64,000 nt of DNA from an uncultured Pseudomonadota bacterium (GCA_903844895.1 CAIMVM010000044.1:347-64346); one strand, 5' to 3'; positions 47,686-57,459 are shown, counted from the stretch's first letter. The notes: generated by a model not told the origin, from the letters alone. Program-made: numbers and translations.

Positions 47686-48436
47686 TTTGGTTGTCTCCAG
47701 TCCTTTTTGCCGGGGCATTAGCGGAATCATTGGAAGCCGGTGTCATTGATTTATCAAGTGTCTGTTGAGATATAATAACAGGCTGAGCATTAACAATAGC
47801 GACATCATTTGGAACTAGAAGGTTTGTTATGGCCGAAACACCGTGGTGAACTTTGTCTGTAATGGTAACTGCTACACCTCGAATCATCTGGCTTCCGGCC
47901 AAGAGTATCATGCAAAGAAGAAGACCAAGAGAGGTGGGGGCAAGAGAGCCCGCAACGCCTTGGGCCAAAATCGCCTGTTTCTTGGCTGTGTCGAGTACAT
48001 CAATAGAGTGGAAGGCGCCCCATAGTCCATCGATACTTCCTAGAACCCCAGTAAGAAGAATTAAAGTCGCCATAGCTGGTATGACGTTAATGCGGGCTTC
48101 AATTTTTGGAATAAACTCAATGGCCGCCTCCTCAAGAGCTCCCCTAACAGAACTTGGATCCGTTGCTTGGGCTTCCAATGTTTTTAATGCAATGTAAGGT
48201 ACTCCTGTCCCAGAAACGGTTTTGCAGTAGCTCATGGCGCGCTCTTTATCATCAGCCAAAACCATCTTTCGAAGTTCAGCAACAAACTTCCTATTGTTAA
48301 TGTTATATACGAAAAATAACATGGTGAAGCGCTCCAATAGAACCACCGTTCCTAGGAACCCGAGAACAAACATAACGTTTATGTAGCCGTTGCCAGCTCG
48401 CATACTTTCGGCGAGTTCACCCCACATCGTGGCCAT
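47630..48436 (-). CDS. MotA/TolQ/ExbB (AglR-like) channel subunit
   Basis: TM1 then LLER; TM2 GVLGSIDGLWGAF; KQAILAQGVA; TM3 PTSLGL. Confidence 0.85.
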   Translation of the reverse strand: MATMWGELAESMRAGNGYINVMFVLGFLGTVVLLERFTMLFFVYNINNRKFVAELRKMVLADDKERAMSYCKTVSGTGVPYIALKTLEAQATDPSSVRGALEEAAIEFIPKIEARINVIPAMATLILLTGVLGSIDGLWGAFHSIDVLDTAKKQAILAQGVAGSLAPTSLGLLLCMILLAGSQMIRGVAVTITDKVHHGVSAITNLLVPNDVAIVNAQPVIISQQTLDKSMTPASNDSANAPAKRTGDNQNAFDDVTIDDIKDEEEII

Positions 48437-48558
48437 CCTTTTCCATAGTTTATAAGACGATTATAACTCTAACTGATGCGAAGAGGTTAGGGTTTGAAAA
48501 AGGATTCTTTTTTGGGGTGTTTTTAAATAAATAGGGGAATAATAATATTTTATATAGG

Positions 48559-50064
48559 TTATCGTGCTTTGGTATCACTTTTTTGTGTAACCAACCCGCT
48601 TTCCCAAGCCCGTGTAAATGCCTTCAATATTTCAGGATCAAATAAATCAGCTTCTTCATGAAGTTTTTCTATAGCTTCAGGTGCTTCCATAAAACCTGAA
48701 TAGGAGCGGCCTGAAATCATCGCATCAAAAGCATCTGCTATAGCGACTATGCGGCCAAAAAACGGAATTCTCTCCCCTTCAAGGCCCTCAGGGTATCCTG
48801 TGCCGTCAAATTTCTCATGATGGTATTTGATACCACCTAGAAAACGTTTAGCGTTGGGAAGCTTTTCTATTATTTTTGCGCCAATGACTGGATGTAACTT
48901 CATTTCTTCATATTCTTCATTTGAAAGTAGAGCAGCTTTTTTAAGAATGGCATCCGGCACCCCTATTTTTCCGATGTCGTGGCACAGACTAGAGATCATC
49001 AGCTGCTTTTTAAGTTCACGATTCAGGTGGAGCTCATCGGCAATTCCCATCGAGTATTTGCAGACTCTTTCGGAATGTCCAAGAGTATAAGTATCTTTAG
49101 CCTCTATGGTGGCGATCATAGATTCAATCATACCGATAAGCCAGACATCTTGCTCGCGCCGCAAGACCAAGTTGTCAATAAAAGGAGTTGCTTTCGCCGC
49201 TAATGCAATGACTTGAGAAATGGCAAAGGAATTTAGAACATGAATGGGCTGTGACGTTTCTAGGTGAATCGTTGCAATCACCTCGCCTCGGCTCATGCAG
49301 GGAATAATAATGCGAGCTTGTCCGATGATCGTAGAGTCAGTTACGTTGGGTATTAAAATGAGAGCTTGCTTGCGGTTAATCGCATCTTGATGGGCGCGTT
49401 TTGAAATCGCAAAATTTTCTTTTTGAGTTCCAAAGTGTAGCGAGGAAAGAGCCACCAGATTCCTGCCTAATGAGTCCCATAAGAAAATACAACCCTTAGT
49501 ACAACCCGGAATCATAGCACCTAAACTCTTTAAAATGGACTGTCCTAAGTCTTTCATATCTGTTCTAGATTCGAAGGTAGTGAGACAATCGAAAATCTCT
49601 TTGGTCGCACCATAGTCGGCCGAAATTTGATCAATGGCGTGTGACAGAACGATTCGCTTCGGCTCAGCACCGGAATAGGGCGGCTCTCGGTCAAGATGAA
49701 GCGGCTGAGAGAGCTCAGGATCTTCGCTATACGAAAACTCCAGAGCCATCAGATCCCCGGCTAAGTGAATATCTTGTGCATTTGCAAAAAAGACAAGTTC
49801 GGTAGAACCAATTAAAATTCTATCCTCATTGTTAACAATTGAGTTGAGAATTTTGTCCCCGTTTAAGTAGACCCCATTTTTAGATTCCAAATCTTCAAGT
49901 ATAAATAGCCGGCCATTTTGCTTGATTCTAGCATGGTGACGTGAGACTTCTGAGTCTTGAAGGCTCACCTCATTAGACTCATCCCTGCCAATAGACACCG
50001 GAAAGCCACTCAGAACAATTCTGGTGCCTGCTTCCGCGCCTCGAGTAATAAGTAGATGGGTCAT
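48559..50064 (-). CDS. FHA-GAF-HD-GYP cyclic di-nucleotide phosphodiesterase
   Basis: FHA motifs IGR..VSRHHA..SKNG; GAF-like middle region; EAKDTYTLGHSERV, HDIGK, HHEKFDGTGYP, IADAFDAM. Confidence 0.9.
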   Translation of the reverse strand: MTHLLITRGAEAGTRIVLSGFPVSIGRDESNEVSLQDSEVSRHHARIKQNGRLFILEDLESKNGVYLNGDKILNSIVNNEDRILIGSTELVFFANAQDIHLAGDLMALEFSYSEDPELSQPLHLDREPPYSGAEPKRIVLSHAIDQISADYGATKEIFDCLTTFESRTDMKDLGQSILKSLGAMIPGCTKGCIFLWDSLGRNLVALSSLHFGTQKENFAISKRAHQDAINRKQALILIPNVTDSTIIGQARIIIPCMSRGEVIATIHLETSQPIHVLNSFAISQVIALAAKATPFIDNLVLRREQDVWLIGMIESMIATIEAKDTYTLGHSERVCKYSMGIADELHLNRELKKQLMISSLCHDIGKIGVPDAILKKAALLSNEEYEEMKLHPVIGAKIIEKLPNAKRFLGGIKYHHEKFDGTGYPEGLEGERIPFFGRIVAIADAFDAMISGRSYSGFMEAPEAIEKLHEEADLFDPEILKAFTRAWESGLVTQKSDTKAR

Positions 50065-50173
50065 GATTTCTCCACTAGGTTCTTATCGGCATGGCCTAGG
50101 AAGTTCTTAACTAGCTTTGGACTTAAAGCTTTCTACCCCTAAGGGCGATAAATAGAAAGAGGGGGGCGAAGAC

Positions 50174-50593
50174 ATGTCGGTGACTGTACAAGTTGTTAAA
50201 AACATTAGAGTAATGTTACTGTTGTGGGGCATTGCGAGTATATCCTTTGCTGGCAGTCCGGTCTTTAATTTGCCTGAGGCGCCTTGGAGTCCAACCGTAA
50301 TTAGCCGAGGACAGCCCTTAGAACCGAAGTTTTTGGTGTCCCCATCTCTACATGTTAGGCCCCAGGCTGCTCCAGAAGTTAAAAAGCCGAAACCCAAAAA
50401 AATCAGTAAACGCGATCCTTTTTTTGATGATCAATCAGAATTTGTGTCCATCGAACCAATGTCGATTTCGGGAAGAGTTAGCGCGCCCTCTCTACCCTTT
50501 GCCATAATTCGGGAAAAAGGGACCAGGACCTTCCATCTTCCTAGGCTCTCTCCGAAAGAAGCCCTTCGCGACTCTGCATCCCAAATTCGCTAG
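50174..50593 (+). CDS. Small secreted Pro/Lys-rich hypothetical protein (possibly CglF/GltF-like)
   Basis: Signal peptide LLLWGIASISFA; ISGRVSAP resembles the IxGxxxxP motif of CglF-type proteins (weak). Confidence 0.45.
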   Translation: MSVTVQVVKNIRVMLLLWGIASISFAGSPVFNLPEAPWSPTVISRGQPLEPKFLVSPSLHVRPQAAPEVKKPKPKKISKRDPFFDDQSEFVSIEPMSISGRVSAPSLPFAIIREKGTRTFHLPRLSPKEALRDSASQIR

Positions 50594-50622
50594 GATTCCA
50601 ATCAAAGAGGGACGACTCGTTT

Positions 50623-52806
50623 TTAGGACTCTTTGTGCCGCGAATTTCCTTTAACAGGCTCACTTGCAAAAAACAGAGTTTTCGTTTCAAACGCAGACTG
50701 AATCGAACTTGCAGGCGCATATCTTGGACCGAACTGTTTTTCAAAGTCTTTAAGTTTAGAATACACTGTTTCAATACCTAAAAGATCAATTGCTTTGAGG
50801 GGACCGCCCCAAAAAGCTGGAAATCCTAAACCAAAAACAGCCCCTATATCACCATCAAACGCTGAGGACAAAATTCCCTCATCTAAACAGCGAGCTGTTT
50901 CATTGATAAAGACATACAGGCATCTATCGACGATCTCAGATGAAGAGAGCTTGGTTGGATTTTTCTGAATCGGGAGAAGTTCTAATATACTTTCATCCGG
51001 GCCTTTCTTCTCGCCAGACTCATAGCGGTAAAATCCCTTCCCATTTTTTCTTCCGAGACGACCAGACTTTAAGAGGGAATCAAAGCCTGCAGGCTGTTTG
51101 AGGCGATCTGGAAATGCTTTTTCAATCGTCTCTAAAACGTGTTGCCCAATGTCAAGGCCTACCTCGTCGATAAGGGCTAAAGGCCCGACAGGAAATCCAA
51201 AGTCGACTAAAGATCTATCTATTTTGTCAATGCTTTGGCCTTCAAGTAGTAATGTCGCCGCTTCTGCTAAGAAAAATGCAAGCGCTCGCGTCGTATAAAA
51301 GCCTGGGCCGTCATTAACGACAATAATGGTTTTTCCCATAGCTTGACCAAGTTCAAAAGCACGTCCTACAGCCCATGGAGCAGAAGCTTTTGTTTTGACA
51401 ATTTCTAGCAAGGGCATTTTTTCGACAGGAGAAAAAAAGTGCATTCCGACTACGCGAGCTGGATCTTTCGCCGAAGAGGCAATTTCAGCTAAGGGCAAAG
51501 CTGAGGTGTTCGTTGCAAAAATCCAATTTTCACCGGCTGTTTTTTCGAGGTCTGTAAGAATCTTTTGCTTGATGGCAAGCACCTCAGGGGCAGCTTCAAT
51601 CGTGATATCCGTATTTTCAAATCCGATCGTACTAAGCCCTGGTGAGATGCGGGCTAGTGCAGCTGAGGCTTCAAAAGACTTGATTCTTTTCTGATCTAGT
51701 TTTTTCCCAAAAAAGGTTCTAGCTGATTTAAGACCTTTAGCGATCGACTCTTTGCTTGGGTCTGAAATGAGGACTTTGAGGTTTTTGTCTGCGCACACTG
51801 TGGCAATACCAGCGCCCATAAACCCTGCACCGATGACGCCGACCTTAGAGACTGGTCGATCCCCAAACTTAGCATCGCGCTCTTTTCTATAAGGGTTTTT
51901 CTTAAGGGCAGTGGTCGCATGGAAGAGGTGGATCAGGCTTTGGCTTACTTGGGTCATGGCGAGCTCTCCAAAGAGACTGGCCTCTATTTTTAAGCCTTCC
52001 GTTAATGATTTGTCAAAACCTTCAAATACGGCTGCAAGGGCATTATAGGCCGCTGGATAATGCCCTTTTGTTTTTTCATCGACATTCTTCTTTGCAGCGC
52101 TATACATGGTGCTGCGTCCAATTGGATTTCCTTCCAAAGCCCAACGGGTGAGGTCTTGTCCAAATCCTCTGCTGGGAGATTTATTTTCTGAGGTTCTTTT
52201 TTTAGTAGCGAATTCGATAGCTGTGGAAAGAAGTAGGTCTTTGGGTACCAAAGAATCCGCTAGGCCACATTTTAACGCTTTTGTTCCGTTTAAGCGTCTT
52301 CCCGTCAATATCATATCGAGAGCCGCTTGAATTCCAATGAGTCGCGGCAGCCTTTGGGTCCCTCCGGCTCCAGGAATTAAGCCTAGCTGAATTTCAGGCA
52401 AGGCTAACTGGGTTTTAGGATCTGTAGTTACCACGCGCCACTTACATGCTAGAGACATTTCCAGCCCCCCTCCCAGGCAGTTTCCATGTATTGCAGCAAC
52501 GGTGGGGATCCCAAGAGAGTCTAGCTTATTAAAAATGGATTGCATGGAGGTCGCACCGTTAGCGGCTTGGTTTGCCGATGTAAAATACGAAATTTCTTCT
52601 ATGCTAGCCCCAACGATAAATTGATCTGGGCGGCCACTGACAATTACGAGTCCTTTAATTTCCTTGTTTCCTTTGAAATCGTCTAGATACCCATCTAGTT
52701 CTTTCAAAACCTCTTCACTTAAAACGTTCATCTCAAGGGTGATGTTTTTAAATGTTAAAACGGCAACTTTTTTGCTAGTGATTTCTAAGTTGAAGTGTCT
52801 GTTCAT
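50623..52806 (-). CDS. fadJ: Fatty acid oxidation complex alpha subunit (enoyl-CoA hydratase/3-hydroxyacyl-CoA dehydrogenase)
   Basis: GNCLGGGLE, LPEIQLGLIPGAGGTQRLPR, GAGFMG, TNTS, GMHFFSP. Confidence 0.92.
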   Translation of the reverse strand: MNRHFNLEITSKKVAVLTFKNITLEMNVLSEEVLKELDGYLDDFKGNKEIKGLVIVSGRPDQFIVGASIEEISYFTSANQAANGATSMQSIFNKLDSLGIPTVAAIHGNCLGGGLEMSLACKWRVVTTDPKTQLALPEIQLGLIPGAGGTQRLPRLIGIQAALDMILTGRRLNGTKALKCGLADSLVPKDLLLSTAIEFATKKRTSENKSPSRGFGQDLTRWALEGNPIGRSTMYSAAKKNVDEKTKGHYPAAYNALAAVFEGFDKSLTEGLKIEASLFGELAMTQVSQSLIHLFHATTALKKNPYRKERDAKFGDRPVSKVGVIGAGFMGAGIATVCADKNLKVLISDPSKESIAKGLKSARTFFGKKLDQKRIKSFEASAALARISPGLSTIGFENTDITIEAAPEVLAIKQKILTDLEKTAGENWIFATNTSALPLAEIASSAKDPARVVGMHFFSPVEKMPLLEIVKTKASAPWAVGRAFELGQAMGKTIIVVNDGPGFYTTRALAFFLAEAATLLLEGQSIDKIDRSLVDFGFPVGPLALIDEVGLDIGQHVLETIEKAFPDRLKQPAGFDSLLKSGRLGRKNGKGFYRYESGEKKGPDESILELLPIQKNPTKLSSSEIVDRCLYVFINETARCLDEGILSSAFDGDIGAVFGLGFPAFWGGPLKAIDLLGIETVYSKLKDFEKQFGPRYAPASSIQSAFETKTLFFASEPVKGNSRHKES

Positions 52807-52808
52807 CG

Positions 52809-54134
52809 TTATGCCTCAATTCTTTCAATAAGGATACTTGCAGCCATGCCACCAGCTGCACAAATAGCAATTAAGCCGAGTCTTTTTTTGCTGCGCTCGA
52901 GTTCATAGGTCAAAGAAGTCACAAGGCGAGCTCCAGTTGCACCAAAAGGATGGCCGATGGCAAGGGCACCGCCATTTACATTGAGTTTTTCCTCAGGCAC
53001 CGAACCGTAGGCCTTCGAATGGCCAAACCATTTTTCTGCAAAGTCCTTAGATTCGAGCGACCGTAAACAACTCAAAACCTGCGCAGCAAAAGCCTCATGG
53101 ATTTCAAATCGGTCAATATCGTCGAGGGTCAACTGATTTCGGTTCAATATTCTGGGAATGGTAATGGCTGGACCAATTAGAAGTTGATCTGCAGGGTCTA
53201 CTCCTACAAAGTCGAAATCAAGGATTCTTGCTTTTGGCTTAAGGCCCAATCTTAAAGCCACCTCTTCATCGCCAATCAATACAGCAGCAGAGCCATCTGT
53301 TAACGGTGAAGAGTTTGCCGCTGTTAGGGTGCCATATTTTCTGTCGAACACGGGTTTAAGATTAGAAATGCCTTCAATATTGGTATCTTTTCTGATGATA
53401 TTGTCAGAGTCTATGCACACTTCAAACTTTGGGCCTGGCCATATCGGAATGATTTCCTGTGCCAAAAATCCAGAGTCTTGAGCTTTTGAAGCTTTTTGGT
53501 GAGACATAACAGCAAATTGATCCTGATCTCGCCGGGATATGTGATTGAGCTTTGCCATGATCTCCGCATGCTCACCCATTGTAAGTCCGGTCATGGGCTC
53601 TGTAAGTTCTGGAGACTTTGGTAGCCAAGCCTTGGCAGAGAATTTGGCTATAATTTCTAGCTTCGCGGCAGTAGATTTTGCCTTAGAAAGCTTGACTAAA
53701 AACTTTCTAGCCTCTCTTGAATATACAATCGGCACATCTGAGAGTACCTCTATTCCCCCTGCGATGATAAAGCTTGGGTGACCAAAAGAAATCGTTTTTG
53801 CAGCGTCAGCTATTGCTTGCAAGCTTGAGGTACAAGCACGATTCAGAGTTGATCCATGAATATGGAGAGGAAGTCCCAAGTTGAGTATCGCATCCCTTGC
53901 AACGTTTGGGTTTTTAGTTTGTGGTATGACAACACCAGCAATAATCTCGTCAATATGCTGGGCATCAATTGAGATTTTTCTCAGAAGTCCATCAACCACT
54001 CGAGAAAAAAGTTCTAGAGAGTCAGAGTCCTCAAAAACACCAAAGGACTTTACAAACGGGCTCCTAGCTCCATCGATGATAACAGGTTTTCGATTGCCTT
54101 GAGTAGTTTTGTCTCGATATTTGGTTATCGACAT
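52809..54134 (-). CDS. fadI: 3-ketoacyl-CoA thiolase
   Basis: [35 protein letters not shown]; AGGAG RBS before ATG 54134. Confidence 0.92.
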   Translation of the reverse strand: MSITKYRDKTTQGNRKPVIIDGARSPFVKSFGVFEDSDSLELFSRVVDGLLRKISIDAQHIDEIIAGVVIPQTKNPNVARDAILNLGLPLHIHGSTLNRACTSSLQAIADAAKTISFGHPSFIIAGGIEVLSDVPIVYSREARKFLVKLSKAKSTAAKLEIIAKFSAKAWLPKSPELTEPMTGLTMGEHAEIMAKLNHISRRDQDQFAVMSHQKASKAQDSGFLAQEIIPIWPGPKFEVCIDSDNIIRKDTNIEGISNLKPVFDRKYGTLTAANSSPLTDGSAAVLIGDEEVALRLGLKPKARILDFDFVGVDPADQLLIGPAITIPRILNRNQLTLDDIDRFEIHEAFAAQVLSCLRSLESKDFAEKWFGHSKAYGSVPEEKLNVNGGALAIGHPFGATGARLVTSLTYELERSKKRLGLIAICAAGGMAASILIERIEA

Positions 54135-54401
54135 GTATTGTGCTCCTGCCACGGTTGTTATCTAAAGATTCCTTGGGCCCTTCTAGGGCTCATGGGATTT
54201 AAGCCAGTCTATTTTCCTACACTTTAAGTACTATAAGCAATTTTTATTGCTCTCCATAAACGTCACTAGATTCAACAACAAAGGTAGATGAATGATAGCG
54301 TGGGCGGCTTCTATGGGATTCGTAAGGCTTTGACAAAGCGTTTTAATATCCAGCTCGCTTTGGACAAATCAGAGAGACTCCGAGTGTCGCTGGAACTTTA
54401 C

Positions 54402-54461
54402 AAAGAACCTTAGAAAGGATCTTAGCAAGAACCTTAGAAAGAACCTTAGAAAGAATTTTAA
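54402..54461. repeat. Degenerate 12-bp tandem repeat (AAAGAACCTTAG) x5
   Basis: AAAGAACCTTAG AAAGGATCTTAG CAAGAACCTTAG AAAGAACCTTAG AAAGAATTTTAA, ending at the PilZ stop codon. Confidence 0.9.
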
Positions 54462-54463
54462 GC

Positions 54464-54847
54464 TTACACTTTATCAAGTCCGCGCTCTTTAAGTGATTTA
54501 ACAACTTTTTGGACCACAACCTTTTGATCAGAGGTTAGACCCAAATAGACACCCCCAATACGAAACCTACGGCTGTCAAACCATCGAACTTCTACAGGAA
54601 GGGAAAGGCGCATGGGAGCAATGATTCCAAGAGGACCAAGGGGCAAGGTGATCCAAAGCCTATCAAGAGTCTTGCAGGTATACTCTGAAGTGAATTCGAG
54701 TTTGAAGCCATCTACACTCATATCGAGTAATACTCCGCTAGTAACCCCAAAGGGCCAAAAACGCCACTTTCTAATTTCGATCAATGCGTGAGAGGTATAT
54801 CGGGTGCGACGATCAATCTGGTCATTTGTTTGTTCTTTGTCTGCCAT
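54464..54847 (-). CDS. Stand-alone PilZ domain protein
   Basis: DRRTRY, LLDMSVDG (DxSxxG), VEVRW...IGG; start placed at ATG 54847. Confidence 0.8.
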   Translation of the reverse strand: MADKEQTNDQIDRRTRYTSHALIEIRKWRFWPFGVTSGVLLDMSVDGFKLEFTSEYTCKTLDRLWITLPLGPLGIIAPMRLSLPVEVRWFDSRRFRIGGVYLGLTSDQKVVVQKVVKSLKERGLDKV

Positions 54848-54950
54848 AGGGACCCGCAATGTTGGTGAGTTACTATTATAGCAGTATAATCTCAATGTCG
54901 TATAAATTTGGGAAAATCTCGTCAAGAAACTTCAGCGGTGAGCAATAAAT

Positions 54951-56210
54951 ATGCAAAAAGATTTAAAAAGGGTAAGAGTTGCCATTATCGGTGGGGGAAT
55001 CCACGGAGCAGGCATTCTCCATGATTTGACCTCTAGAGGCTGGAAGGATGTAATCCTTTTGGAGAAGAACCGAATTGGAGTGGGAACGAGTTCGCGGTCC
55101 ACTAAGTTGGTCCATGGCGGATTGAGATACTTGCAGCGTATAAGTCAGTTCGGAATGGTGAGAGAGTCCTTAAAAGAGCGTAAAACTCTTATGGACATAG
55201 TTCCAGATATCGTAAAGCCTATTGAGCTAATATTGCCCATCCTTAAAAGGGGTGGAAGAAATCGGTTGACGATTAAAGCAGGGTTGACTCTATATGATGC
55301 TTTGGCTGGTAGTTATCATTTAAAGAAACATAGTGGGTTAAGTACGGCCGAAGCCAAAGCAAAAATTCCGTGCATAAATACCGAAAAAATTAACTGTGCT
55401 TTTAGTTTTTATGATGGTCAAATGGACGACTTAGCACTTGTCCGTCGCGTTGCGGCATCAGGCAGATTTCTTGGGGGTGAGCTCGTTGAGGGGGCCACCG
55501 TTACAAGCGTGAACAAAGATCAAGATGGCTGGATCATTGATTATAAAGATGAAATGGGAAATGTGCAGCATCTCAAAGCCCTGGTCGTCATCAACGCTGC
55601 CGGCCCTTGGGCCCATGAAATTCTCAATCAAAGCAACTTGATTCCTACCCATCGCGCCATCAACAATCAAGGCTCTCATCTAATTTTTCCAGATATGGGA
55701 ATCAAGTCGGGGCTATTTTTAGAGTCGCCGAAAGATGGCCGCATCTTCTTTTTAATTCCTTGGCAAGGGGTCACCCTATTAGGAACTACCGAAAAGCTAT
55801 GGTCCGAAGCTCCTAATGATGTCAAGATTTCTGAAGAGGAAATTGACTACCTCATCAATGGCTGCAATGAGTATCTGGATCCTTTGCTCAAAAAAGAAAG
55901 CATCATTCAAACTTTTTCTGGCCTGAGATGGCTCGCCGTTGATCAAGGACAGAGTATTTCCTCCACTTCTAGAGAACACTCTATCGGCTATCATTACTCA
56001 GGGCGCGGCTATTTGCTAACGATCTATGGTGGAAAATACACCTCCTACCGATCCTTATGTGAGAAGATAGGCGATGAAATTACCAAGTCTTTTGGTGAAT
56101 TCAGAGATACGCGAACTCACGAACAAGGAGCGTGGATTCCCGCCCATCTTTTAGAAAAAACTTTGGATCCAGTACAGAGATTTGAGTATAGAGACTGGCA
56201 TCAAATTTGA
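54951..56210 (+). CDS. glpD: FAD-dependent glycerol-3-phosphate dehydrogenase/oxidase
   Basis: IIGGGIHG, GTSSRSTKLVHGGLRYL, NAAGPW, DGRIFF, GTTE, GGKYTSYR; short C-terminus. Confidence 0.88.
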   Translation: MQKDLKRVRVAIIGGGIHGAGILHDLTSRGWKDVILLEKNRIGVGTSSRSTKLVHGGLRYLQRISQFGMVRESLKERKTLMDIVPDIVKPIELILPILKRGGRNRLTIKAGLTLYDALAGSYHLKKHSGLSTAEAKAKIPCINTEKINCAFSFYDGQMDDLALVRRVAASGRFLGGELVEGATVTSVNKDQDGWIIDYKDEMGNVQHLKALVVINAAGPWAHEILNQSNLIPTHRAINNQGSHLIFPDMGIKSGLFLESPKDGRIFFLIPWQGVTLLGTTEKLWSEAPNDVKISEEEIDYLINGCNEYLDPLLKKESIIQTFSGLRWLAVDQGQSISSTSREHSIGYHYSGRGYLLTIYGGKYTSYRSLCEKIGDEITKSFGEFRDTRTHEQGAWIPAHLLEKTLDPVQRFEYRDWHQI

Positions 56211-57244
56211 CTGGTATAGCCCATTGTCGCAGATTTAAGCGAACTAAATTGGTTTGTATAGGTGGTGACAAATTCAATTTTTCCGCCGTGGAAGTTCTTA
56301 GCAAAGATAACGTTGTTTTTTTTCTCAATATGAAAATACTGGAATTTTAGTGAGCGACCACTTTGAAAATAAATGGGATCTATTTCTGTCATCTGGGCTT
56401 TGTTGGCAATAAAAGTGGTGCTGATGCGATTCTGGGGTATGGGGATCGAGATCTTTTGATTGAAGGTAGTACCTCCTACAAGACTCTTTTCCAGCTGATA
56501 AAATCCAGTGACTTCATTCAATACAATCGTGAGTCCTGGTCCAGAGCTAAAACTGGGTTTAAGCGAACCTTTAAACTTCCAAGTAGGCAGGCTTGAGGGA
56601 CTAGACGTCTTGGGGGTCTCAGGAGCTCTTTGGACAACCAAAGGTACAAGGATCAAGTCTTGGCCGCCTTTTTTGTCATCCAATACATAACTAAAAGTTG
56701 TTTGCGTAGCAGGTGCAGTTTCATCTCCAAATGGATTCATCAAATCGACAGAGAGATTTAAACCTGAACTAAACACTTTCAAAATGGGAAGTCTTTGATT
56801 GAGGTCTTCAACCAATAAGCCAGAGCTTGAGCTTAATAAATAGCTATAAAGTTGCCGAGAGTCTTTAGAAGGCTCAAGGGGCATGGCCATTTTTATTCCT
56901 AGAGAATATCTTACTTGAGCTTCATTGGGCTCTGACCAAGCATTAGAGAGTCTAGCCAAAGTAGGGCTATCTCCAGTTTGCTTTCTCGTGAGACGCACCA
57001 TAAATCCACTACCCCAAGACATAAACTTATATTCAAAACTCGGCTGGGGGTTTGCGGGCTCTATGGCAACAAGTTTACGTTCTATATTATTTTTAACGTC
57101 TAAGGTAATACTCTGTGACAGAGCGGGGTGAGAGGAAAATGCCAAAACCGGAAATAGAATGAGAGCGCTTCTCAAGCAAAATAGGTTGAGTCTATCCAAC
57201 GGAGAGGACTCGTTATCTATAGAGGCGAGCTTAAGGGGCGGCAT
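56201..57244 (-). CDS. Hypothetical exported beta-rich protein
   Basis: Long ORF with signal-peptide-like RSALILFPVLAFSSHPALS and a beta-strand-rich C-terminus; start uncertain. Confidence 0.55.
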   Translation of the reverse strand: MPPLKLASIDNESSPLDRLNLFCLRSALILFPVLAFSSHPALSQSITLDVKNNIERKLVAIEPANPQPSFEYKFMSWGSGFMVRLTRKQTGDSPTLARLSNAWSEPNEAQVRYSLGIKMAMPLEPSKDSRQLYSYLLSSSSGLLVEDLNQRLPILKVFSSGLNLSVDLMNPFGDETAPATQTTFSYVLDDKKGGQDLILVPLVVQRAPETPKTSSPSSLPTWKFKGSLKPSFSSGPGLTIVLNEVTGFYQLEKSLVGGTTFNQKISIPIPQNRISTTFIANKAQMTEIDPIYFQSGRSLKFQYFHIEKKNNVIFAKNFHGGKIEFVTTYTNQFSSLKSATMGYTSQI

Positions 57245-57459
57245 GATGGTATTCCCTTTTTGAGATCGTTGCTTAACACCCTGAAAGGGGGTGGCATAGA
57301 TCTCTAAAGCAAAAGAAAGGCCAGGGAAGGGTCGCCGTAACCCGCTGATATTAAGCAGATATGTCGCAGCGCCCTGGCAACTGCTGACGATCTTGCTATA
57401 CTTGTGACTGGCTTTTTGACACTGGTTCCTACCTGACGGGCCTTCACTGAGAGACTCCC

